From the NCBI GenBank assembly GCA_947457845.1, contig CANGXM010000001.1:1-56729 (forward strand): DNA of 56,729 nt. The letters are read 5' to 3'. The stretch comes from Rhodospirillales bacterium (GTDB taxonomy: Bacteria; Pseudomonadota; Alphaproteobacteria; Azospirillales; Azospirillaceae). A program made the translations under genes and the position numbers. Below are positions 20,682-29,978 of this stretch, piece after piece. The notes under the pieces were generated by a model, which saw only the letters and a program-made list of their open reading frames with translations, made no database searches and was not told the origin of the DNA. Numbering within the stretch: position 1 is the first letter of the stretch; each line of letters begins with the position of its first letter.

Positions 20682-23600
20682 CTACAGCTCCTGCACCTCG
20701 ACCACCCCCGGGATCGCCTTGATGGCGGCGCGGGCCTTCGCGTTGAGCGCGAACCGCTCCGGCAGCATGATCTCCGCCTCCCGATAGCGGTCGAGTTCGA
20801 TGACCACGTGGATCGGACGATTCCCGCGGCCCAAGTGGCCGAGTGCGGTCCGCAGGTGCGGAATCGGTGCGGGGTCGCGGACGACGACGCGCAGCCCCTC
20901 CGCCGCCGTCGCCACCATCTCGTCGAGGTGACGCACCTCGTTCCCGGTGAGGCGGAACCCCTCGCCGTTCACCTGCATGTCGACCGTGAGCACCACCGCG
21001 TTGCCGTTCTCCAGGAACTGTCGGCTCTGGGCCAGCGTCTCGGAGAACAGCATCACCTCGAACACGCCGGTCGCGTCCGACAGCTGGACGAAGGCGAAGC
21101 GATTGCCGGTGCGGGAGTTGCGCTCCTGCCGGGCGATCACGATGCCGGCCATCTTGAAGCGGGTGGGCTTGCCGGAGCCGATGCGTGCCGGAAGGTCGCC
21201 GGCCTTGACCACGCCCATGCGCGCCAGCGGCCGGGCGTAGCCGTCGAGCGGATGGGCCGAGAGATAGAAGCCGATCGCGTCGAACTCGTGCCGGAGGCGC
21301 TCGAGCGGCTCCCAGTCCGGCACGTCGGGCAGGGCCGGGGCGCGCAGCGTGCCGCCGGCCGCGGGGCCACCGAACAGGCTCACCTGCCCGCTCTCCCGCT
21401 CCTCGGTCGTGGCGTGCGCGTTGCGCACCAGCATCTCGACGGCCGCGTGCACCTGCCGGCGGTTGCGCACGAGGCTGTCGAAGGCGCCCGCGCAGGCGAG
21501 GTTCTCCAGCATCTTCTTGTTGATCGCCCGCACGTCCAGCCGCCGGGACAGGTCCATCAGGTCCTTGTAGGGGCCGTTGGCCGTCCGCTCGGCGACCAGC
21601 GACCGCATCGCCTGCTCGCCCACGCCCTTCACGGCGGCCAGCGCGTATCGGATCGCCCGCTCGCCGCCCGGAAGCGCCTCGACCGAGAAGATGGGCGCCG
21701 ACCGGTTCACGTCCGGCGGGAGCAGGGTGACCTTGAGGCGGGCGAGTTCCTGGCGGTGCAGGTTCAGCCGGTCGGTGTTGCCCATGTCGAGCGTCATGGT
21801 CGCGGCCATGAACTCGACCGGGTAGTTCGCCTTCAGGAAGGCGGTCTGGTAGGCGACCTGGGCGTAGGCGGCCGCGTGCCCCTTGTTGAAGCCATAGCCC
21901 GCGAACTTCGCCGCCTGCTCGAAGATCTCGCGCGCCACCGCCTCCTCGATGCCGCGTCCGATGCAGCCGTCGACGAACTTGCCGCGCTCCTTGTCCATCT
22001 CCTCCTTGATCTTCTTGCCCATGGCGCGCCGCAGCAGGTCCGCGCCGCCCAGCGTGTAGCCGGCGAGCTTCTGGGCGATCATCATGACGTCCTCCTGGTA
22101 CGTCATGACGCCGAAGGTCTCGGAGAGGATGGGCTCCAGTTCGGGGTGGATGTACTTGGGCTGCTGCTCACCGTGTTTGCAGCCGATGTAGGTGGGGATG
22201 GAATCCATCGGGCCGGGGCGATAGAGCGCGACCAGCGCGATGAGGTCCTCGATCCGGTCGGGCCGCATCTTGCGCAGAAGGTCGCGCATGCCCGAGCTTT
22301 CCAGCTGGAACACGCCCGAGCTCTCGCCACGCGCGAGCATGCGGTAGGTGTCGGCGTTGCCGAAATCCTGGTTCGCGACGTCGATCGTCAGCCCGCGGGC
22401 GCGGATCAGGTCCTGGCTCTTGGCGATGACGGTCAGCGTCTTCAGCCCGAGGAAGTCGAACTTCACCAGGCCGGCGTTCTCCACATACTTCATGTTGTAC
22501 TGGGTGACCCGCATGTCCGAGCCCGGATCGCGGTAGAGCGGGACCAGTTCGTCGAGCGGCCGGTCGCCGATCACCACGCCCGCCGCATGGGTCGAGGCAT
22601 GGCGGTAGAGACCCTCCAGCCGCAGCGCGACGCCGATCAGCTTGCCGATCGTCTCGTCCGTGTCGCGCATCTGCTGCAGCAGCGGCTCGCTGTCGATCGC
22701 CTGCTGGAGGGTGACCGGGTTCGCCGGGTTGTTCGGGATCAGCTTGGTGATCCGGTCGACCACCGGATAGGGCAGCTGCATCACCCGGCCCACGTCGCGC
22801 ACCACCGCGCGCGCCTGGAGCTTTCCGAAGGTGATGATCTGGGCGACGCGGTCCTTGCCGTACTTGTCCTGGACGTAGCGGATGACCTCGTCGCGGCGCT
22901 CCTGGCAGAAGTCGATGTCGAAGTCGGGCATCGACACGCGTTCGGGGTTGAGGAACCGCTCGAAGACGAGGCGGAACCGCAGCGGATCGAGCGAGGTGAT
23001 GTCCATCGCCCAAGCGACGATGGAGGTGGCGCCCGAACCGCGGACGCCGACCGGGATGTCGTTGCGCCGCGTCCACTTCATGAAGTCCGAGACGATCAGG
23101 AAATAGCCCGGGAACTTCATCTTGATGATGACGCCCAGCTCGAAGCGCAGCCGGTCCCAGTAGGGCTTTTCGCGATCGCTGTCGGGCTCGGGCGGCTGTC
23201 CGGGGAAGATCTGGGTGTCGAGCTTGAGGCGGAGCCCCTCCTCCGCCTGGGCGGTCAGCTCGTCGTCCTCCGTCCGTCCGCTCTCGCAGGGGAAGGCGGG
23301 CAGGATGGGGTTGATCTTCTTCAGGAGGAAGGAACAGCGGCGCGCGATCACGACCGTGTTGTCCACCGCCTCCGGCAGGTCGGCGAAGAGGTCCCGCATC
23401 GCCTGCGGGCCCTTGAACCAGTGGTGGCTCGTGACCTTCCGCCGATCCGTCTCGGTCAGATAGCGGCCTTCGGCGATGCAAAGCAGCGCATCGTGCGCCT
23501 CGTGCATCGCGGCGTCGGGGAAGAAGCAGTCGTTGGTGGCGACCAGCGGCACGTCGTGGGCATAGGCGAGGTCGACGAGGTCATCCTCGATCCGGTCTTC

Positions 23601-24167
23601 CAGCGCCCCGATCTCCCCCTCCGGATGGCGCTGGATCTCCATGTAGAGGCGGTCGCCGAACGCGGCCTTCAGGCGCAGGAGCAACTCCTCCGCAGCCGGC
23701 CGCTGGCCCGCGAGGAGCAGTCGCCCCACCCCGCCGCCGATCCCGCCGGTGAGCGCGACGAGGCCGTCGGCGAGCGCCTCGACCTCCGGGTAGGTCACCT
23801 GGGGCGGGAGGCCGGGCTCGGTCTCCAGAAAGGCCTTGGAGACCAGCTTCATCAGGTTGCGCCAGCCGGCGGCGGTCTGGGCGATGAGGACGAGCTGGTC
23901 GGGGGACGGGACCTTCGGCTCCAGCGTCCGCGCGCCCGAATCGACCCGGCCGACGGACAGCACGCATCCGAGGATCGGCTGGATGCCGTCGTCGAGGGCG
24001 GCGGACGAAAACTCCAGCGCGCCGAACAGGTTGCCGGTGTCGGTGACGGCCACCGCCGGCATCCCGTGCGTCTTGCAGAGCTTCAGCAGGTCCTTCGGCT
24101 TGATCGCCCCTTCGGAAAGCGAATAGGCGGAATGGACGCGCAGATGCACGAAGCCGGGCGATGCCAT
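20682..24167 (-). CDS. dnaE: DNA polymerase III alpha subunit
   Basis: 1161 aa. The PHP domain N-terminus (FVHLRVHSAYSLSEGA) is followed by the polymerase core and an OB fold. Confidence 0.95.
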   Translation of the reverse strand: MASPGFVHLRVHSAYSLSEGAIKPKDLLKLCKTHGMPAVAVTDTGNLFGALEFSSAALDDGIQPILGCVLSVGRVDSGARTLEPKVPSPDQLVLIAQTAAGWRNLMKLVSKAFLETEPGLPPQVTYPEVEALADGLVALTGGIGGGVGRLLLAGQRPAAEELLLRLKAAFGDRLYMEIQRHPEGEIGALEDRIEDDLVDLAYAHDVPLVATNDCFFPDAAMHEAHDALLCIAEGRYLTETDRRKVTSHHWFKGPQAMRDLFADLPEAVDNTVVIARRCSFLLKKINPILPAFPCESGRTEDDELTAQAEEGLRLKLDTQIFPGQPPEPDSDREKPYWDRLRFELGVIIKMKFPGYFLIVSDFMKWTRRNDIPVGVRGSGATSIVAWAMDITSLDPLRFRLVFERFLNPERVSMPDFDIDFCQERRDEVIRYVQDKYGKDRVAQIITFGKLQARAVVRDVGRVMQLPYPVVDRITKLIPNNPANPVTLQQAIDSEPLLQQMRDTDETIGKLIGVALRLEGLYRHASTHAAGVVIGDRPLDELVPLYRDPGSDMRVTQYNMKYVENAGLVKFDFLGLKTLTVIAKSQDLIRARGLTIDVANQDFGNADTYRMLARGESSGVFQLESSGMRDLLRKMRPDRIEDLIALVALYRPGPMDSIPTYIGCKHGEQQPKYIHPELEPILSETFGVMTYQEDVMMIAQKLAGYTLGGADLLRRAMGKKIKEEMDKERGKFVDGCIGRGIEEAVAREIFEQAAKFAGYGFNKGHAAAYAQVAYQTAFLKANYPVEFMAATMTLDMGNTDRLNLHRQELARLKVTLLPPDVNRSAPIFSVEALPGGERAIRYALAAVKGVGEQAMRSLVAERTANGPYKDLMDLSRRLDVRAINKKMLENLACAGAFDSLVRNRRQVHAAVEMLVRNAHATTEERESGQVSLFGGPAAGGTLRAPALPDVPDWEPLERLRHEFDAIGFYLSAHPLDGYARPLARMGVVKAGDLPARIGSGKPTRFKMAGIVIARQERNSRTGNRFAFVQLSDATGVFEVMLFSETLAQSRQFLENGNAVVLTVDMQVNGEGFRLTGNEVRHLDEMVATAAEGLRVVVRDPAPIPHLRTALGHLGRGNRPIHVVIELDRYREAEIMLPERFALNAKARAAIKAIPGVVEVQEL

Positions 24168-24235
24168 GGACGAACCTCGGGCGGCGGGACGCGCGTCAGT
24201 ATGGACGACCCGCCGCCGAGGGCAATCGGTCCCCC

Positions 24236-25102
24236 TTACGCGAGCGTCTCGCGGAGGAAGGCGACGGTCCGCTCCCAGGCAAGGCGGGCCGCGTCGGGCG
24301 CGTAGCGCGCGCCGCCCGTATCATTGTGGAAAGCGTGGTTCACGCCCTCGTACATGTGCATGGCGTGCCGCTTGCCCGCGGCCTTGAGCGCCTCGAGCCA
24401 CGGCGCCATGGAGGTGTTGACCCGCTCGTCGAGGCTGGCGAGGTGGACGAGGAGCGGGGTCTGCACCTGCGCCGCGGACGCAGGCACCGGAGCGACGCCG
24501 TAGAAGACGACGCCGGCCGCGAGGTCCGGTGCCCGGGTCGAGAGCACCGACACGACGCCGCCACCCCAGCAGAAGCCGACCGCGCCGACCTTGCCGTTCG
24601 ACGCCGGATGGGCCTTCAGCGCGGCGAGCACGGCGGACGCGTCCGCCTGCACGTCGTCAGGACGGAGCTGGCCGAACATCTCCCGCGCGCGGTCCTCGTC
24701 GGCGGGCGTGCCGCCCTGTCGGCTGAGGAAGTCGACGCCGTAGGCGACGAAGCCGGCCTTGGCGACCCGGCGGGTCACGTCGCGGATGTGGGGGGTGAGG
24801 CCCCGGTTCTCGTGGATCACCATGACGGCGCCGCGGCGCTCGGTCACGCCCGCCGGACGGACGAGATAGCCGTTGATGGCGCCGGCCGGGCCGGGAACGG
24901 ACAGCGTCTCGGCCACGATCCCCGGATCGTTCTCGGCGATCGTCTGGGCGATCGCGTAGTTGCTCTCCAGCAAGGGCAGGACGGCCGCGGCGGCGGCCGC
25001 GCTGCCGGTCAGCGCCGTGAGCCGGTCGAGGAACACCCGCCGGGCCAGCGGCGCGTGGGTGAACTCGTCGTAGAGCTTGATGATCCGCGGATCGATCTGC
25101 AT
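24236..25102 (-). CDS. Dienelactone hydrolase family protein (Tat-like N-terminal leader)
   Basis: 288 aa with an alpha/beta-hydrolase DLH pattern (VMVIHENRGL, GAVGFCWGG, H near the C-terminus). The N-terminus ARRVFLDRLTALTGSAAAAAAVLP resembles a twin-arginine leader. Confidence 0.75.
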   Translation of the reverse strand: MQIDPRIIKLYDEFTHAPLARRVFLDRLTALTGSAAAAAAVLPLLESNYAIAQTIAENDPGIVAETLSVPGPAGAINGYLVRPAGVTERRGAVMVIHENRGLTPHIRDVTRRVAKAGFVAYGVDFLSRQGGTPADEDRAREMFGQLRPDDVQADASAVLAALKAHPASNGKVGAVGFCWGGGVVSVLSTRAPDLAAGVVFYGVAPVPASAAQVQTPLLVHLASLDERVNTSMAPWLEALKAAGKRHAMHMYEGVNHAFHNDTGGARYAPDAARLAWERTVAFLRETLA

Positions 25103-25198
25103 GGCGTGCCTCCAAAAAACCCTGTCCGAAGGGATGTAGTACGGTGCGGACGGTGTTCGACCTTCACATGACCGTGAACCGCACCCGCGGCGGACCGA

Positions 25199-25897
25199 TC
25201 AGCGGATCTGCTCGACGATGCGCCCATCGCGCATCTCCAGCACCCGGTCCATCCGGCCGGCGATCTCGAGGTTGTGGGTCGCGACCAGCGCGCCGAAGTC
25301 GCCGCCGCGGACGAGGCCGGCCAGCATCGAGAACACCTCGTCGGCCGTGCGGTGGTCGAGGTTGCCCGTCGGCTCGTCGGCGACGAGGAGCCGCGGGCCG
25401 TTGGCGAGCGCCCGGGCGATGGCCGTGCGCTGCTGCTCCCCGCCCGAAAGCCGCGCTGGACGGTGCGTGAGGCGCGCGCCGAGGCCGACCCGGGCGAGCA
25501 GTTCCTCCGCCCGGTCCCGCGCCCGACGGCCGGGCACGCCGGCGATCATCTGCGGCATCGCGACGTTCTCCAGCGCCGAGAACTCGGGCAGGAGATGGTG
25601 GAACTGATAGACGAAGCCGATGGCCCGGCGACGCAGCGCGGTCCGGTCGCCGTCCGAAAGGCGCGATGCGTCCTCGCCGTCGACCGTCACCGTTCCGCCG
25701 TCCGGCTTCTCCAGCAGGCCGGCGAGGTGGAGGAGCGTGGACTTGCCGGCGCCCGACGGACCCACGAGCCCCACGAGTTCGCCCGGCGCCACCACCAGCG
25801 TGACGCCCTTCAGCACGTCGAGCCGCTCGTTCGCTTGCCGGTAGGTCCGCACCACGTCGCGCATCGCGAGCATGGCGCGCGGCGCCGCCTCACTCAT
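25199..25897 (-). CDS. lolD: Lipoprotein-releasing ABC transporter ATP-binding protein
   Basis: 232 aa with Walker A (GPSGAGKST), the ABC signature (LSGGEQQR) and Walker B (LLVADEPTGNLD). It is coupled to a LolC/E-type permease. Confidence 0.85.
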   Translation of the reverse strand: MSEAAPRAMLAMRDVVRTYRQANERLDVLKGVTLVVAPGELVGLVGPSGAGKSTLLHLAGLLEKPDGGTVTVDGEDASRLSDGDRTALRRRAIGFVYQFHHLLPEFSALENVAMPQMIAGVPGRRARDRAEELLARVGLGARLTHRPARLSGGEQQRTAIARALANGPRLLVADEPTGNLDHRTADEVFSMLAGLVRGGDFGALVATHNLEIAGRMDRVLEMRDGRIVEQIR

Positions 25898-27137
25898 AGC
25901 GCAGCGCCTCCACCGGATCGAGCCGGGCCGCCCGCCACGCCGGGTAGACCGTGGCGGCGAACGACAGGCCGAGCGCCATCAGCGTCACCTGCGCCACCTC
26001 CATCCACTCGATCTTGGCCGGCAGGCGGGACAGGAAGTAGATCTCGGCCGAGAACAGCTCCGTCCCCGTGAGCGCCTGGAGCGCCTGTCGGATGCTCTCG
26101 ATGTTGAGGGCGAAGCTGACGCCGAGCAGCAGCCCGGCGATCGTGCCGATCACCCCGACCGACGCGCCCGCGAGGAAGAAGATGCGGAGCACCATGCCGC
26201 GCGTGGCGCCCATCGTCCGCAGGATGGCGATGTCGCGCCCCTTGTCCTTCACCAGCATGATGAGGCTGGAGATGATGTTGAACGCCGCCACCATGATGAT
26301 CAGCGAAAGGATGAGGAACATCACGTTCCGTTCGACCTGGAGCGCGTTGAAGAAGCTGGAGTTCACCTGCTGCCAGTCCACCATCCGGTACTGGGACCCG
26401 GCCGCCGCCGAGACCATCGAGCGATAGGCGCGGATGTCGGTCGGCTCGGCGACGAAGACCTCGAGCGCCGTCGCCTCATCCTCCATCCGGAAGAAGGCCT
26501 GCGCCGTCTCCAGCGGGACGAAGATGAAGTTGTTGTCGTACTCGTACATGCCGACGTCGAACACCGCGCCGATGCGGAACGCCTTGAGCCGCGGTGCCGT
26601 GCCGAAGGCGGTGGGGGTGCCCCGGGGACTGATCAGCGTCATCTGGTCGCCGACGAGGAGGCCGAGGCGCTGGGCCATGCGGATGCCGATGGCGATGTCG
26701 TCGCCGCCGAAGGCCGAGGCGTCGCCCTGCACGATGCGGCCGGCCAGAACGGGGCGGCGGGCGAAGTCCTCGGGCCGGGTGCCGCGGACGACGGCGCCGG
26801 ACGCGGCGCCGCGGACGGACACGAGCGCCTGGCCCTCGATCATGGGGGCAACGGCGGTGACGCCGGGAACCCGCGCGATCCGCGCCGACACGTCGTCCCA
26901 GCCACGGATCGGGCCGCCAGCGGAGGCATAGACGTTCACGTGCCCGTTGAGGCCGAGGATCCGGCCGAGAAGCTCCGCCCGGAACCCGTTCATGACGGCC
27001 ATCACGATGATCAGCGTCGCGACGCCGAGCGCGATGCCGAGCAGCGAGAACATCGCGATGACCGAGATGAAGCCCTCCTGCCGGCGGGCGCGGAGGTAGC
27101 GCATCGCCACCATCCGCTCGAAGGCGGAGAAGATCAT
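25890..27137 (-). CDS. lolC: Lipoprotein-releasing ABC transporter permease (LolC/LolE family)
   Basis: 415 aa with FtsX-like permease topology and a large periplasmic loop. It overlaps the lolD start by 8 nt. Confidence 0.82.
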   Translation of the reverse strand: MIFSAFERMVAMRYLRARRQEGFISVIAMFSLLGIALGVATLIIVMAVMNGFRAELLGRILGLNGHVNVYASAGGPIRGWDDVSARIARVPGVTAVAPMIEGQALVSVRGAASGAVVRGTRPEDFARRPVLAGRIVQGDASAFGGDDIAIGIRMAQRLGLLVGDQMTLISPRGTPTAFGTAPRLKAFRIGAVFDVGMYEYDNNFIFVPLETAQAFFRMEDEATALEVFVAEPTDIRAYRSMVSAAAGSQYRMVDWQQVNSSFFNALQVERNVMFLILSLIIMVAAFNIISSLIMLVKDKGRDIAILRTMGATRGMVLRIFFLAGASVGVIGTIAGLLLGVSFALNIESIRQALQALTGTELFSAEIYFLSRLPAKIEWMEVAQVTLMALGLSFAATVYPAWRAARLDPVEALRYE

Positions 27138-27222
27138 GGGGTCCTCGTCAGAACGCGTCGGACGCGTCCTACGACGCGCCCGTGGCAGGATCGGGGCAAC
27201 CGGCGCGAACGGCGGGTCGCCG

Positions 27223-28536
27223 TCAGGCCGAGAGCCGCGCGACGGCGTCCTCGGGCAACAGCTCGACCCGCTCGCCGGTGGCGCGTCGCTTCAGCTCCAC
27301 CATCCCGGCCTTGAGCCCGCGGGGACCGACCATCAGCTGCCAGGGCAGGCCGATGAGGTCCATGTCCGCGAACTTCACGCCCGGTCGCTGGTCGCGGTCG
27401 TCGTAGAGGACGTCCACGCCCTTCGCCCGCAGCCGGGCGTAAAGCGTCTCGCACGCCCGGTCGCAGTCGCCGTCCCCGGCCTTCAGGTTGATCAGCCCCA
27501 CCTTGAACGGCGCCACCGGATCGGGCCACACGATCCCGTTCTCGTCGTGGCTCGCCTCGATGATGGCGGCCGGCAGGCGCGAGACGCCGATGCCATAGGA
27601 CCCCATCTCCAGCGTCACCGTCTCCCCGTCCGGACCGGTCACGGTCGCGTTGAGCGGCTTGGAATACTTGGTGCCGAAATAGAAGATGTGGCCGATCTCG
27701 ATGCCGCGGCGGGTGACGAGGTCGGTGGCCGGCACCGGGCACGTCGCCGGGTCGTGCATCTCCTCGGTCGCGGCGTAGAGGGACGTGTACTTGTCGAAGA
27801 AGGGGGCGAGATCGTCGTCGTAGCCCACCTCCTGGGACAGCACGTCGGTCTCCAGCCAGTCCTTGTGGCAGAAGACCTGGCTCTCGCCCGTGTCGGCCAG
27901 GATGATGAACTCGTGGCTGAGGTCGCCGCCGATGGGCCCGGTGTCGGCCCGCATGGGGATCGCCTTCATCCCCATTCGCGCGAAGGTGCGCAGATAGGCG
28001 AGGAACATCTGGCGGTAGGAATGGCGCGCGGCCTCGGGCGTGAGGTCGAAGGAGTAGTTGTCCTTCATCAGGAACTCGCGCCCGCGCATCACGCCGAACC
28101 GCGGGCGGACCTCGTCCCGGAACTTCCACTGGATGTGGTAGAGCTGCTTGGGGAGGTCGCGGTACGACTTGATCTCATTGCGCAGGATGAGGGTGATCAT
28201 CTCCTCGTTCGTGGGGCCGTAGAGCATCTCACGCTCGTGCCGGTCCCGGATGCGCAGCATCTCCTTGCCGTAGTCGTCGTAGCGGCCGCTCTCCCGCCAG
28301 ATCTCGGCCGGCTGGATCGTGGGCATCAGGAGTTCCTGCGCGCCCGCCGCGTCCTGCTCCTCCCGCACGATCTGCTCGATCTTGCGCAGGACGCGGTGGC
28401 CCAGCGGCAACCAGGCGTAGATGCCGGCGGCCTGCTGGCGGATCATCCCGGCGCGCAGCATGAACCGGTGCGAGACGATCTGCGCCTCGGCGGGATTTTC
28501 CTTGAGCGTGGGAAGGAAGTATTTCGTGAGCCGCAT
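27223..28536 (-). CDS. proS: Proline--tRNA ligase (short type lacking the bacterial editing insertion)
   Basis: 437 aa starting [34 protein letters not shown], with class II motifs. Confidence 0.92.
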   Translation of the reverse strand: MRLTKYFLPTLKENPAEAQIVSHRFMLRAGMIRQQAAGIYAWLPLGHRVLRKIEQIVREEQDAAGAQELLMPTIQPAEIWRESGRYDDYGKEMLRIRDRHEREMLYGPTNEEMITLILRNEIKSYRDLPKQLYHIQWKFRDEVRPRFGVMRGREFLMKDNYSFDLTPEAARHSYRQMFLAYLRTFARMGMKAIPMRADTGPIGGDLSHEFIILADTGESQVFCHKDWLETDVLSQEVGYDDDLAPFFDKYTSLYAATEEMHDPATCPVPATDLVTRRGIEIGHIFYFGTKYSKPLNATVTGPDGETVTLEMGSYGIGVSRLPAAIIEASHDENGIVWPDPVAPFKVGLINLKAGDGDCDRACETLYARLRAKGVDVLYDDRDQRPGVKFADMDLIGLPWQLMVGPRGLKAGMVELKRRATGERVELLPEDAVARLSA

Positions 28537-28614
28537 GGCACCGGTCCGGACGTTCGGCGAAAGGCGCGGAACTCTAGACAGAGCGCCCTGCCCTGTCCAT
28601 CGGCCCGGATCGGA

Positions 28615-29043
28615 TCAGCGCGGGCGCCGGGTGCAGAGAACCTGCAGTTCGCCGCGCGCGGCGCCGCCGATGTCGCGGCCGTTGAGCAACACCCGGTCGC
28701 CGATCACCTCGACCCGCGCGGCGGCGACGTTGCCGACGCCGAAGCCCGAACCGGCCGGCAGACCGATCCGGCCGGCGACGTCCGCGGTGATGTCGAAGGT
28801 GATCGGAAAATCCTGCGCCATCGCACCGGCGGATCCGGGCAGGTCGGCCGGCTCCACGGCGCGGCCCTGCACGTCGACGCCGGGCCGGTAGGTCACGTCG
28901 GCGTCCGGCACGTGCCGCTCGAGCACCTGACAGACACGCGGATCGACGACCAGGATCCCGCGCCCGTCGCCGTACTGCGCCGCCGCCACGGATGCCGCGA
29001 GGGCGAGCACCGAGGCCACGCCCATCGTACGGTGAAGGATCAT
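28615..29043 (-). CDS. Hypothetical small secreted protein (142 aa)
   Basis: The ATG at 29043 (or 29025) gives MILHRTMGVASVLALAASVAAAQ, a signal peptide with an AxA site. Third-position GC is high. I recognise no family. Confidence 0.55.
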   Translation of the reverse strand: MILHRTMGVASVLALAASVAAAQYGDGRGILVVDPRVCQVLERHVPDADVTYRPGVDVQGRAVEPADLPGSAGAMAQDFPITFDITADVAGRIGLPAGSGFGVGNVAAARVEVIGDRVLLNGRDIGGAARGELQVLCTRRPR

Positions 29044-29186
29044 CGCCCGCCCCGCCCTGCCTATCCAGAAGGATATCGCACGGACACGCGGTGGCGGAAA
29101 GCGGTGCCGCCAACGGATCCGGACCGCACGCCCATGCAATATTCGCGTGACTGCGTTACGGTGGAACCGTAACGTCCGACCCGCAC

Positions 29187-29213
29187 AAAAAAACCGCGCC
29201 AACGACGGCGCGG
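29187..29213 (-). terminator. Rho-independent terminator (- strand)
   Basis: The - strand reads CCGCGCC-gtcgtt-GGCGCGG followed by TTTTTTT. Confidence 0.7.
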
Positions 29214-29300
29214 CCTGAGTTTAGGGAGGAATCGCCACCAGGCGACGATCGGGGGATCAACCCTCCAACCAAGAGGGATTGTGATCCCCACACGAAACGA

Positions 29301-29335
29301 GGCAAGCCCCCACACGGAGGCTTGCCGTTTTTTTT
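29301..29335 (+). terminator. Rho-independent terminator (+ strand); may also act on the - strand for tag
   Basis: GGCAAGCC-cccacacgga-GGCTTGCC is followed by G and T8. On the - strand the same hairpin is followed by UCGUUUCGUGU. Confidence 0.7.
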
Positions 29336-29408
29336 GGTCGATTGATCGACATGTGCACGGCCGCGGGGCGTTTGATCGGGTTCGCGCCCGCAATTGCACA
29401 GGATACTA

Positions 29409-29978
29409 TCAGTATCCGATGAAACCATTCCGCTCTGCGACGATCCACGGCGGATCAAGGCGCGCGACGCGGGCGGCCACGGGGCAATCCGGATGGTGCG
29501 CGCCCGGCAGATAGCCGAGGCTCATCAGGAACTCCCCCACGATCTCGCCGCCCGTGAAGCGGAACGTGCGCTTGAACAGGCGCAACCAATGCGCCTTGCC
29601 CATGGGGTGATGCGCATCGAGCCAGGCGGAGAAGCCGCCATGGCTCTCCCGCAGCCCCTGCACCGCGCGGGCGTTGGCGACCGCCGCCTCGACCTTCAGC
29701 CGGTTGCGGATGATGGCCGGGTCGGACAGGAGGCGCGCGACATCGTCGGGGCCGTAGGCGGCCACCCGGTCGACGTCCCAGCCGTCGAACGCGGCCGCGA
29801 ACCCCGCCCGCTTCTTCAAGATGGTCAGCCAGGAGAGACCCGCCTGGTTGATCTCCAGCATCAGCCGTTCGAACAGCACACGGTCGTCGCGGGCCGGCAC
29901 GCCGTACTCGCCGTCGTGATAGGGCCCGTGCCAGGGATGTCCGGGCGCTGCGGCGCAATAGCCCGTCAGCCCGCTCAC
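29409..29978 (-). CDS. tag: DNA-3-methyladenine glycosylase I
   Basis: The GTG at 29978 overlaps the stop of the upstream DUF1467 gene (GTGA). The product contains WHGPYHDGEYGVP, FERLMLEINQAGLSW and SDPAIIRNRLK, as expected for Tag. Confidence 0.85.
   Translation of the reverse strand: MSGLTGYCAAAPGHPWHGPYHDGEYGVPARDDRVLFERLMLEINQAGLSWLTILKKRAGFAAAFDGWDVDRVAAYGPDDVARLLSDPAIIRNRLKVEAAVANARAVQGLRESHGGFSAWLDAHHPMGKAHWLRLFKRTFRFTGGEIVGEFLMSLGYLPGAHHPDCPVAARVARLDPPWIVAERNGFIGY

Larger units (their letters stand above)
29187..29335. ncRNA. Candidate small RNA or structured RNA element (strand unresolved, - strand favoured)
   Basis: Elements in order: terminator hairpin 29194-29213; a single-stranded GGGAGG (+) / CCUCCC (-) at 29224-29229; a 5-bp hairpin at 29232-29245; a long hairpin pairing 29252-29265 with 29273-29289; and a terminator hairpin at 29301-29326. 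The region holds no credible ORF and is lower in GC than its surroundings. Confidence 0.4.

Noticed and set aside
20625-24305. 1226-aa + strand ORF antisense to dnaE. Similar very long antisense ORFs include 49778..52609 opposite lon, 1254..2894 and 2547..4187 around moeA/lexA/comEC, 14608..16194 opposite dxr/cdsA, 17288..18955 and 18699..20609.
   Set aside because: These are stop-codon-poor shadow frames typical of GC-rich DNA. The translations are Arg/Gly/Ala/Pro/Asp-rich low-complexity strings with no family motifs. Each lies opposite a gene with unmistakable homology.
25103-25198. Possible terminator between lolD and the dienelactone hydrolase gene. The - strand reads GUCCG...CGGAC plus AGGG and U6, directly before the GGAGG RBS.
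   Set aside because: The stem is only 4-5 bp with a long loop, which is too weak to call. The T-run may be just part of the RBS context.
29224-29230. GGGAGGA on the + strand as the RBS of a micro-ORF within the structured intergenic locus.
   Set aside because: No ATG, GTG or TTG occurs within about 20 nt downstream. The track ORFs in this region (29061..29399, 29156..29458, 29257..29448, 29281..29514) lack SDs, run through terminator hairpins, and have junk-like translations.
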